DNA of 64,000 bases from Candidatus Multivoradales bacterium (GTDB taxonomy: Bacteria; Acidobacteriota; Thermoanaerobaculia; Multivoradales; J023), in contig CBDFLE010000006.1 of the NCBI GenBank assembly GCA_965248925.1, positions 2,816,001-2,880,000 on the forward strand, read 5' to 3'. Positions 8,949 to 17,370 of this stretch are shown in pieces. The notes under the pieces are model-generated. The model was not told the origin of the DNA, searched no databases, and worked only from the letters and a program-made list of their open reading frames with translations. Position 1 is the first letter of the stretch. Each line of letters begins with the position of its first letter. A program made the translations under genes and the position numbers.

Positions 8949-8973
8949 GAGATAGGTGCCAGCCGATTCTCGG
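8949..8973 (+). repeat. Island repeat copy R4
   Basis: GAGATAGGTGCCAGCCGATTCTCGG. Confidence 0.88.
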
Positions 8974-9110
8974 GAGCTTGGTTGAGGTTGTCGGCGGCAA
9001 AAGCCCTAAACGCAGCAGGGGCAGCCCGGCCTGGCCGGCAACTGCCCCGTCTTTCTTCTGCAAAGAAGGAGTGCGGCCCTCGCTAGAGCCGCACCGGGTC
9101 TGAGCGGGTC

Positions 9111-9947
9111 CTACTGACGCTTACCGCACACTGGATTGATGCAGTGGTCGTGGGGGGCGGTGCCGAAGGAGCTGTGGCAGCTCGTCAGAGCGGCGTTGGC
9201 AGTCCAGCAGTCGACGTCTTCAGTGTCGCAGGAGCGGCCTGGGAAGAAATTGGTCGTACCCGGCAGGACCAAGTCGGGGCGGCCATCGCAGTTGGTGTCC
9301 ACCTTGAACGGACTACTCACTTCGAGATCGCCAGGCCCTGCATTGGTGCAGAAACCCATGCCGTCGATGGCCAGGGTCACCGGGTGGGAAACCGGACCGC
9401 GAACTTCGCCAGTCGCAATATTGGTGAAGTTCAGGCATACATTGACCGACAGGTTGCCAGAGAACTTGCCGCAGTTCTCACACCCCAAATCGGCCTTGAT
9501 CTTGGTGGCATCTTGGCACTCACACAGACAGGCACTGACCCGCCAGCTGGTATCACCGGTTGCCGGGCAAAAGACGTTGATGACGTCGTTGCTGAACAGA
9601 TTGAGGGCGCGGATAACGATTGCAGAAGTTACATCGCCGGAGGCGAAGTCGATCGGATCGAGGCGTTCGACCACGGTATCCGCGTTGCCGAGGATGCCCG
9701 GAGGATCGGTCACCAAGGGCGCGCCCTGAAATGTCACCGAACCGGTGAAAGGGGGAGAGCCGGCGCAGAAGAAGCCGGCTGGAATGGGAACGGCGGAAAA
9801 ATCGGCCACGCTCGGCACGGTGCTCGAAGTCTGGAATGCGTCGATGCCGGGGACGATGTACGGGGGTTGGGCGATAGCCGGAGCGCAGAGCAAGGCCACC
9901 ACAGTCAGGCTAAAGCAAAGCCTAATCCAAGAATTTCTCATGAGCAT
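9111..9947 (-). CDS. Secreted Cys-rich hypothetical protein
   Basis: AGGAGG RBS, signal peptide ending APAIA, 15 Cys in the mature chain (CLCEC, CENC). Confidence 0.8.
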   Translation of the reverse strand: MLMRNSWIRLCFSLTVVALLCAPAIAQPPYIVPGIDAFQTSSTVPSVADFSAVPIPAGFFCAGSPPFTGSVTFQGAPLVTDPPGILGNADTVVERLDPIDFASGDVTSAIVIRALNLFSNDVINVFCPATGDTSWRVSACLCECQDATKIKADLGCENCGKFSGNLSVNVCLNFTNIATGEVRGPVSHPVTLAIDGMGFCTNAGPGDLEVSSPFKVDTNCDGRPDLVLPGTTNFFPGRSCDTEDVDCWTANAALTSCHSSFGTAPHDHCINPVCGKRQ

Positions 9948-10213
9948 ATCCTCCTAAATTTGTCGAAAAACAAAAGCATCCGCGAAGCTAGGCCTCGGGT
10001 CAGACGGATGCCGGTTCAGCAATCTGACCAGCGCGCATTGTAGAGATCTTTAGTGAACACCCACTTCTTTGAACTTGCGGAATGCAGAGCGTTATCATCT
10101 CAACTAATTGCCTGGAACCGGGCTGCTGGGGCTCGCCGCAGAGAGCCTCTGATCCCCCCTAGGAGGTGGCTGCCGAGGCTTTGTTAGAGACTAGGCGCGG
10201 ATTAGGTGCCGCC

Positions 10214-10240
10214 GGAATAGGTGCCAGCTGACTCGCGGCT
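10214..10240 (+). repeat. Island repeat copy R5 (diverged)
   Basis: GGAATAGGTGCCAGCTGACTCGCGGCT, preceded by partial TAGGTGCCGCCG at 10203. Confidence 0.75.
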
Positions 10241-10330
10241 ACCCTGGGAAGGGCAGCAGAAGCGGGGCGGTATAGTGTCGCCAGCTCGATTCCCAACCCG
10301 CTACCTGCAAGCGACCCGAGATCCTCGTTG

Positions 10331-11296
10331 ATGAACCAAGAGCCCCTCCCCCCGTCCTCGCCGGAGCTAACCCTCGTCACCCCGGCTTACGATGAAGAGC
10401 GCAATCTGCCGCTGCTCTACGAGCGCCTGTGCGTGGCGCTCGACGGCGTCGATTGGGAGTGGGTGGTGGTGGACGATCATTCCACCGATCGAACTTTCGC
10501 GGTGGTGCAATCACTGGCGGCGGCGGATCCGCGGGTGCGGGGAATTCGCCTGTCGCGCAATTGTGGTTCGCACAGCTCGGTTCAGTGTGGAATCGAGCAC
10601 GCCCGCGGGGCGGGTGTGGTGGTCATGGCCTCGGATCTACAGGATCCGCCGGAGTCGATTCCGCAGCTGCTGGTCGAATGGCGGGCGGGGGCGCAGGTGG
10701 TGTGGGCGGTGCGCGAGGAACGCCAGGGCGAATCGCTGGCCACCCGCGGTTCATCGCGGGTCTACCATTGGATGATGCGCCATGTGGTTGGGATGAAGGA
10801 GCTGCCGTCAACCGGCGCTGACTTCTTTCTGATCGACCGGCTAGTGGTCGATGCCTTAGCGAGATTCCAGGAGCGCAATGGCAGCATCTTCACCCTGATC
10901 ACCTGGCTTGGTTTCCGTCAGACCTCTATCTTCTACAGCAAGGCGGCGCGGGCTCACGGCAGCTCGAAGTGGACGCTCGAGAAGAAAGTCAAACTGGCGT
11001 TGGACTCGGTGTTGTCGTTCAGTTACCTGCCGATCCGGCTAATCTCCTACCTCGGCATCACGGTGGCCTTTTTCGGCTTGCTCTACGCCAGCGCGGTGAT
11101 TTACAACGCCCTGACCGGCGCCCCGGCCGATGGTTGGTCGTCGTTGATGGTGGTGGTGCTGGTACTCGGTGGCATGCAGATGACGATGATGGGAGTGCTC
11201 GGCGAGTATCTCTGGCGGGCGCTCGACGAGGCCCGCCGCCGCCCTCTCTACACTGTTGAAGCCACTACCCTTCTTCAGCGAGGGGGAGGTAGTTGA
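10331..11296 (+). CDS. GT2 polyprenyl-phosphate glycosyltransferase (GtrB/ArnC-like)
   Basis: PAYDEE, VDDHSTD, LSRNCG, SDLQDPP motifs and two C-terminal TM helices. Confidence 0.9.
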   Translation: MNQEPLPPSSPELTLVTPAYDEERNLPLLYERLCVALDGVDWEWVVVDDHSTDRTFAVVQSLAAADPRVRGIRLSRNCGSHSSVQCGIEHARGAGVVVMASDLQDPPESIPQLLVEWRAGAQVVWAVREERQGESLATRGSSRVYHWMMRHVVGMKELPSTGADFFLIDRLVVDALARFQERNGSIFTLITWLGFRQTSIFYSKAARAHGSSKWTLEKKVKLALDSVLSFSYLPIRLISYLGITVAFFGLLYASAVIYNALTGAPADGWSSLMVVVLVLGGMQMTMMGVLGEYLWRALDEARRRPLYTVEATTLLQRGGGS

Positions 11297-12221
11297 GTAG
11301 CAGACCGCCAGCGCAGGCCAGCGACAAGACCACGGTGACGGCCCGTGCCAGCATGACGGTCTCAGCACCACCACCGATTGCCAGCTGTTGGTAGAGCACC
11401 GCCGCTACCGAATCGGTCACTCCAAGGGCCATTGGCGTCGTCGGGATGCTGGATGCAAGTTGAATCGCTGGCGCTACCTGGAGCACTTGCCGTGGCGAAA
11501 CTCCTAAACCAAGGGCCGCGAATGCGCACCAGGAGGCGAAGAAGCTGAACAGATGGCCCACTAATGACAGCAGGAAGGCGAAGGTGAGGACACCGGGCTG
11601 CCGGCGATAGTCGGCAAGGGCCCGCGACAGGGAGTGCAACCAGCTGCCGGCCGGCGGGCGTCCAAGACGTTGGATCAACGCCAAGGCAATCACGGCGGCC
11701 AGCAGCGCCAGGGCGCTCCAGCTGAGAATCTGCCGGCCGAGCTGGCCGCCAAGACCAACCATGAGGCGGCTGGAGAGCACCGCCATCAGCAGCAGCAGGG
11801 CGCCGAGACCGAGCAGGCGGTCGATCACCAAGCTCGAAATCAGCCGCCCCTTGCGTTGCTTGGCTAGCGGCGCAAGGTAGTAGATCTTGGCGCCGTCCAG
11901 GCCCAGGCCAGAGGGCAGGAAGGTGTTGCTGAACATGCCGATCAAGCCGATCTGCAGAGCCGCTCCGGCGCTCAGCTCGAAGCCTTGGGCGCGCACTAAG
12001 CGCAACCAGCGCCAGACCTGGCAGACCACGGAGAGAATCAAGCCCGCCACCAAACCGGCCAACGGCCAGCCTGGGCGTAAGGCCAGCAAGGTGGCGAAAT
12101 CGAATCGGCTGCTGCTGACCAACCAGGCGATTAGGATCCCAGCCAAGACCAGCTTGAGTGCCGTGCCGAGCCAGCCCAAGCGTGTACCGGCCGGGGGACT
12201 TGGGGGCAGCGAAGCCCTCAC
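11265..12221 (-). CDS. Lysylphosphatidylglycerol synthase TM-domain (UPF0104) flippase-like membrane protein
   Basis: RW..L, IG.F.N.FLPSGLGLD..K, S..IDR..GL, IP.TP..LG motifs. Confidence 0.85.
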   Translation of the reverse strand: MRASLPPSPPAGTRLGWLGTALKLVLAGILIAWLVSSSRFDFATLLALRPGWPLAGLVAGLILSVVCQVWRWLRLVRAQGFELSAGAALQIGLIGMFSNTFLPSGLGLDGAKIYYLAPLAKQRKGRLISSLVIDRLLGLGALLLLMAVLSSRLMVGLGGQLGRQILSWSALALLAAVIALALIQRLGRPPAGSWLHSLSRALADYRRQPGVLTFAFLLSLVGHLFSFFASWCAFAALGLGVSPRQVLQVAPAIQLASSIPTTPMALGVTDSVAAVLYQQLAIGGGAETVMLARAVTVVLSLACAGGLLLNYLPLAEEG

Positions 12222-12258
12222 CCTGCCTCGATCATCGGCGATCGCCTGGGGGCGCCGA

Positions 12259-12741
12259 TCATTGATAGCGAGCCTCTCGAGCGTCGCCGGCCACCCGCGC
12301 CGGCACGCCGAGAACTACCGCATGCGCGGCGACGTCTTGGGTGACCACCGCGCCGGCCCCCACCAGCGCTCCTCGGCCGATCGCGATGCCTCCCAACAAG
12401 GTCGCGTTGGCGCCCAAGGAGGCGCCGAAACCCACTCGGGTGAGCAAAGCCCGCCAATCGTCGTCGGTCTGTAGGCGGCCGGCGAGGGTCGCTCGCGGGT
12501 GCAGGCCGTTGACGAACATCACCCCATGACCAACGAATACTTCGTCCTCGATCGTCACGCCCTCACAAATGAAGGCGTGGCTGCTGAGCTTGCAGCGACA
12601 GCCGATCTCGGCCCCCTTCTGGACCTCGACAAAGGGTCCGATCTGGGTGCCGGCGCCGATCCGGCAACCATAAAGGTTGACCAGCTGCGGGTGAGGAATG
12701 TGGACCCCTTCGCCGAGTTCAACGTCCTCAGCGATCGGCAT
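12259..12741 (-). CDS. Hexapeptide-repeat sugar N-acyltransferase (WbpD/WlbB-like), copy B
   Basis: VNLYGCRIG, GPFVEVQKG, GAGAVVTQDV, GVPAR left-handed beta-helix. Confidence 0.9.
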   Translation of the reverse strand: MPIAEDVELGEGVHIPHPQLVNLYGCRIGAGTQIGPFVEVQKGAEIGCRCKLSSHAFICEGVTIEDEVFVGHGVMFVNGLHPRATLAGRLQTDDDWRALLTRVGFGASLGANATLLGGIAIGRGALVGAGAVVTQDVAAHAVVLGVPARVAGDAREARYQ

Positions 12742-13813
12742 CCTCAGCCTCCGTGGCTGGAGTTTCGCTGTGGTTGAGGTCTCGTTCATGAAGGGTGGCC
12801 AGGCCCTCGTCCACGGCAGCTCGTTCGACGGTCTTGCAGTCGAGCCCGCGCCTGCGGCCGCGGGCGAGTACTTCGCCGACTTTCAAGCCCCCGGCCTGCA
12901 ATCGAGCCACCGGCTCGGGCCCGAGGTCGGAAGGCAGCACTCCCATGTGGCCGGGAACGTTGTTGAGGGGCCAAGTAGGTAGGGGCGGATCGCTGGGTAG
13001 GTCGCCCCAGAAGCGCACCAGCGGGGTACCCGGAAAACGCTCGGCAAAGGCTGCCAGCTCGGCCCCACCGAGCACCGGCTGCTGCCGTGGCTGCATCGCC
13101 ACCAGGATCGCGTCGGGAGCCAGCGGCAGATCCTGTGGTAGCTCGGCCACGATCGTGAGTCTCGCTCCGGCATTTTCCAAGCTCCGTTTTAAGTAGGGCT
13201 CGAAGGGGGTGTTCGACAGCAGTAGCAGCTGGCTGCCGTAAACCGCGACACCGGCGTCGAACAATAATTTCTGCGCCATCGGGCCGAGGTAGGAGAACAC
13301 GTCCACCGCCGGGTGGCGCTCGTTGGTACCGGCGATGGCGATGTGGTGGCGATAACAGGCTTGCAGGTCGACATCTTCAGGCCGCAGTTCCCAGGCCTCG
13401 TACATCAAGGTCACCACAGCGGTGGGCTTCATCCAGCTCACCAGGCGGGCGCCGATCGGCCGCAAATGACCGCTGTTGGTGATGATGTCGGCGCTACCTA
13501 CCTGCGCCGGGTCGAGTTCGAAGATCACTTGCAGCTGCTCCTCGACGCCTCCCATAGCGAGCAGCTGATGGGTCGCGGCGTGCACTTCACGGGCGCTACC
13601 CCAGCGGCTGTCGGCGGTGTATGCCAGCACTCTCTCGGCGCCGGCCAAGGCGGCGATCAAGGGGGTGATGGCGTAGGCGCCGCTGGCTGCTTCGGTGAGC
13701 ACCACTAGGCCGCGCAAGTCGAGCTTGCAGCGTTCGACGGCGGCTCGCGACAGACTCAGGAGTCGCTGGGGGTGAAGGCCCGGAAGGCTAGCGTTGGGCT
13801 TGGCCCTAGGCAC
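12728..13813 (-). CDS. Hypothetical protein, possible Rossmann-like enzyme in sugar pathway
   Basis: 361 aa overlapping both neighbours; VLTEAASGAY, ADIITNSGHLRP, LMYEAWELR; no family recognised. Confidence 0.7.
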   Translation of the reverse strand: MPRAKPNASLPGLHPQRLLSLSRAAVERCKLDLRGLVVLTEAASGAYAITPLIAALAGAERVLAYTADSRWGSAREVHAATHQLLAMGGVEEQLQVIFELDPAQVGSADIITNSGHLRPIGARLVSWMKPTAVVTLMYEAWELRPEDVDLQACYRHHIAIAGTNERHPAVDVFSYLGPMAQKLLFDAGVAVYGSQLLLLSNTPFEPYLKRSLENAGARLTIVAELPQDLPLAPDAILVAMQPRQQPVLGGAELAAFAERFPGTPLVRFWGDLPSDPPLPTWPLNNVPGHMGVLPSDLGPEPVARLQAGGLKVGEVLARGRRRGLDCKTVERAAVDEGLATLHERDLNHSETPATEAEDADR

Positions 13814-14834
13814 TGATTTCCACCGGCTGGCCGTTGTTGGCCAGTGATTTGTTGGCGGCTTCGAGGATCTTCACCACCCGCAGGCCGGCCTGACCGTCGC
13901 TGACCGCCGCGGTGTGGTGTTCGATGCGGTCGGCGAAGTGCTCGGCCTCTACCCCCAGGGCCTCGGCACGTTCCAGCTGCGGCGCCCACATGTCGCCGGT
14001 GCGGTAGCCCACCAGGCGTTCGTAGATTTGCTGCGGGTCGTCGACCCCATCGTCGCCCAAGGTCACTCCACTGTCGTAGAGCTTGACCTTCTCGCTGGGT
14101 TCCAGATCGTCGTAGATGATCATCCGACGGTCGCCGCCGATCAAGGTCTGGCGGATCTTCACCGGTGCCAGCCAATTGACATGGATGTGGGCGATCAGCC
14201 GGCTGTCACCGAACAGGCAAGTCAGGTAGGCGAGGTTCTCCAACTGACCGGGTATGTGGGCCATGCCGGTGGCCGACACCATGCTGGGAGGCTGGCCCAG
14301 CACGTAGTCCATGATCGATAGGTCGTGGACCGCCAGATCCCAGAGCACGTTGACATCGTGCTGGAAGAGCCCCAGATTGACCCGCACCGAATCGTAGTAG
14401 TAGAGTTCGCCGAGCTCGCCGTCGCGCACCAGCTGGCCGATCTTGCGCACCGCGCCGGTGTAGAGAAAAGTGTGGTCAACGTGCAGCACCAGGCCTTTGC
14501 TGGCGGCTAGCTCGATCAACCGCTCGGCTTGCTCGGTGGTGGCGGTCAGCGGCTTCTCCAACCAGACGTGCTTACCTGCCTCCAGGGCGGCTCGGGCGAG
14601 CTGGTAGTGGCTGGCGGTGGGGGTGGCGATGGCCACTGCGTCGACCGCCGGATCGGCGATCAGGCGGTTGGCGTCGGCGTAGGAGGTGAGGCCAGGATAG
14701 CGCCGGCCAGCGGCTGTCAATCGCCGCTCGTCGCGATCGGCCACCGCCCGCAGGTCGAGGCGCGGCGATTGGTTGAAATTGCGCACCAGGTTGGGGCCCC
14801 AATAGCCGTAGCCGATCACTCCAATACCAATCAT
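13806..14834 (-). CDS. Gfo/Idh/MocA family oxidoreductase (WbpB/WlbA-like)
   Basis: GVIGYGYWG, HVWLEKP, WDLAVHD. Confidence 0.92.
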   Translation of the reverse strand: MIGIGVIGYGYWGPNLVRNFNQSPRLDLRAVADRDERRLTAAGRRYPGLTSYADANRLIADPAVDAVAIATPTASHYQLARAALEAGKHVWLEKPLTATTEQAERLIELAASKGLVLHVDHTFLYTGAVRKIGQLVRDGELGELYYYDSVRVNLGLFQHDVNVLWDLAVHDLSIMDYVLGQPPSMVSATGMAHIPGQLENLAYLTCLFGDSRLIAHIHVNWLAPVKIRQTLIGGDRRMIIYDDLEPSEKVKLYDSGVTLGDDGVDDPQQIYERLVGYRTGDMWAPQLERAEALGVEAEHFADRIEHHTAAVSDGQAGLRVVKILEAANKSLANNGQPVEISA

Positions 14835-15337
14835 CCTCTCTCCTCCTCATTGTTCATACGGTAGCGTTCTTGGCGGGCATCACCCACCACCCGCGCCGGC
14901 ACGCCGAGCACCACCGCATAGTCGGGCACGTCACGGGTCACCACCGCTCCCGCGCCCACTAAAGCGCCGCGGCCAATGGTGATGCCGCCTAACAGGGTAG
15001 CCTTGGAGCCGATCGAGGCCCCGTGGCAAACGCGGGTCGGCAAGAGCTGCCAATCGTCCTCGCCCAGCAGCTGGCCGGCGGCGGCGGCGCGCGGGTGTTT
15101 ATCGTTGACGAACATCACCCCGTGGCCGATGAAGACCTCGTCTTCCAGGGTCACACCTGCACAAAGGAACGAGTGGCTGCTGACTTTGCACAGCCGGCCA
15201 ATCTCGGCCCCTTGCTGGATCTCTACGAAGGGTCCAATCTGTGAGCCATCGCCGATCCGGCAGCCGTAGAGATTGACCAGCTCGGGGTGGTGGATCTTGA
15301 CCTCAGCACCCAGCTCTACGTTGTCGCCGATCGGCAT
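14831..15337 (-). CDS. Hexapeptide-repeat sugar N-acyltransferase, copy A
   Basis: Same motifs as copy B; ATGA-coupled to the oxidoreductase. Confidence 0.9.
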   Translation of the reverse strand: MPIGDNVELGAEVKIHHPELVNLYGCRIGDGSQIGPFVEIQQGAEIGRLCKVSSHSFLCAGVTLEDEVFIGHGVMFVNDKHPRAAAAGQLLGEDDWQLLPTRVCHGASIGSKATLLGGITIGRGALVGAGAVVTRDVPDYAVVLGVPARVVGDARQERYRMNNEEERG

Positions 15338-15338
15338 T

Positions 15339-17087
15339 TCAGGGTTCCTCCGCAGCGATCGAGGATGCGGCCGGGGATTCCACCCACTGCAATCGCTCGA
15401 TCGACACTGGCTCGCCAGCTTCCTGGTAAGTCAGATGATAGTAGGCCCGGTCGGGGAAATGGGTGACCAACTGCGGTGCGTCGATCGACGGATAGACCAC
15501 CAGCACATCGTCGCGCAACCAAGGATCGGGATGAGGGAAACGTAATCTCCAAGAACGCACGTCTTCGTAGAGATCGGGTCGCTTTTCCCACAGCAAGTAA
15601 GGCGGTTCGGCGATTAGCAGCGCGGGCCGCACGGTCACTGCTTCAAGATCATTCAACGGCAACCGGGACAGGGCCGCCTGCGCTCGCAAGGTCAGTCCGT
15701 GGGTGGCGGTGAAGATCACCAAGCCCAAGCCATAGGCTACTAGCAAGCTGGCGCCCACGGTTCGTAGACGGCGATTCTTGGCCAACAGGTCGAAGAGGGC
15801 TAGCAGGCCCAGGGTGGCGATGAGGATCAAAGGCGCGGCGGCTTCTGAGTAGTGAATCGGGCCCACCAGGTGGATACCGGTGTCGTCATGGGCCAGAGCG
15901 ACCAGCAGGTTGAGTACCACTCCCCAGCCCAGGCTCACCGTTACCGCCGAGCACTTGGCCAGGCCGAGCCAAATCAATGCCCCGCCCAAGGGACCTAACA
16001 AGTAAACGCTCAACATGCCGACGTTGAAGCCCAAGTTCAAGCCCAATCGCTGAGCGATGTCCAATTGCTGCCCGGTCTGGCTGCTGGCGCCGCCGGCGAA
16101 TCTAGCCTGCAATAGCCAATGACCGGTGATCTGCTGGTTGTACCAAGCGAAGACTAAGGCCATGGCACCCCAGGCCAAGGCCGCCGCCAGCAAAGGCCGG
16201 CGACATTCCCGTCGCTGCCAAGCCATGGCGCCGAGGTGCAGGGCCGCCGGGGTCAGCAGGCAGGCCGCCTCGACCGGTCGGGTGAGAAAGGCGAGGCCGG
16301 CCAATAAACCGAGCAAACCCCCGGCCAGGGTCCGGCGGCGGCCCGCGTCGAGCGCCAGATAGAGGTAGCAAGGCAAGGCCATGGCGAGCAGCGAGCGCGA
16401 CAGCAGATGGCTGTGGTGGGTCATCGCCATCACTCCGACCATCGGTGACAGCAGCCAGAGGGCGGCACAACTCATAGCCCCGGCACGGCCGCCGAGGAGC
16501 GCCCCGGCCGCGGCTAGCGCGACCCCGGAGACGGCCACCAAGATGGCGTAGAGCACGTCGCCCGTGCCGCTCACCCGACTCAAGGCGTCGAAGAACAGAC
16601 CGCCGGGAAAGTCCATCGAACTAGTGTAGCCATCGCGCTCATAGACGAACAGCAGTTTCAGTGCTTCTCTGGGCTGCGGGGTGGGTACTCGCAGATGACC
16701 CTCGGCGATCATTCGACCGCCGAATGTGACCGCGCTTTCATCGTCGGTCAGCGGTTGATCGAGCAGCAAATAATGACGACCGCCCATCGCCACGGCGAAG
16801 AGCAGCAGGCCGTAGAACACAGCGGCAAGCTGCCACCGGTGTCGGCCAAGCCCGCTCAAGCCATGCCATAGGCGGCTCAGAAGCTGGCCCAGGTGCGGCG
16901 CCAAGCCATAAGCGATCAACAGCAGTCCGGGTACCGCCAGGACGTAGTGCGACATCCAGAACATCGCTTCGCGCCAGCTGACGAAGTGGAAGGCCAGGCC
17001 CAGCTGAGCCACGAAGCCGACCGTTTGGGCGAGGCTGAAGTGGGCTGCAAAGAGAACCAGCCCGGCAATGATGGGCTTGAGTCGCAA
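15339..17087 (-). CDS. GT-C superfamily membrane glycosyltransferase (582 aa)
   Basis: Multiple TMs, TDDE acidic loop motif, TRP.E motif. Confidence 0.7.
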   Translation of the reverse strand: MRLKPIIAGLVLFAAHFSLAQTVGFVAQLGLAFHFVSWREAMFWMSHYVLAVPGLLLIAYGLAPHLGQLLSRLWHGLSGLGRHRWQLAAVFYGLLLFAVAMGGRHYLLLDQPLTDDESAVTFGGRMIAEGHLRVPTPQPREALKLLFVYERDGYTSSMDFPGGLFFDALSRVSGTGDVLYAILVAVSGVALAAAGALLGGRAGAMSCAALWLLSPMVGVMAMTHHSHLLSRSLLAMALPCYLYLALDAGRRRTLAGGLLGLLAGLAFLTRPVEAACLLTPAALHLGAMAWQRRECRRPLLAAALAWGAMALVFAWYNQQITGHWLLQARFAGGASSQTGQQLDIAQRLGLNLGFNVGMLSVYLLGPLGGALIWLGLAKCSAVTVSLGWGVVLNLLVALAHDDTGIHLVGPIHYSEAAAPLILIATLGLLALFDLLAKNRRLRTVGASLLVAYGLGLVIFTATHGLTLRAQAALSRLPLNDLEAVTVRPALLIAEPPYLLWEKRPDLYEDVRSWRLRFPHPDPWLRDDVLVVYPSIDAPQLVTHFPDRAYYHLTYQEAGEPVSIERLQWVESPAASSIAAEEP

Positions 17088-17370
17088 GATTCTAGCTCCG
17101 GTTGGTTGGCTGAAGTCAGCATTCTAAGCCGGTCAGAGACCCCATGCGGCCAATCATCGGAACGGCGACAACAAAACGCTAAGAGGTTTTTCTGCGCCAC
17201 ATCTCGCCCTCTTGGGCAAGCACTGCTCGGACGACATCACCGCCGATCAGCTCGATGACATCCGCGAATTTGACTACCAATTCGGTTCCTTTATCGACCC
17301 AGGTATTGAGCTCGGGATCGATTCGGTCATCTTGCCGATCGACTGGTGATCTAGGTTGGAGGCAGGGCTC

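Noticed and set aside
7249-10242. Island repeats as a CRISPR array or integron attC sites
   Set aside because: Spacing is irregular (0.1-1.25 kb) and contains genes; no cas or intI gene; no RYYYAAC/GTTRRRY ends
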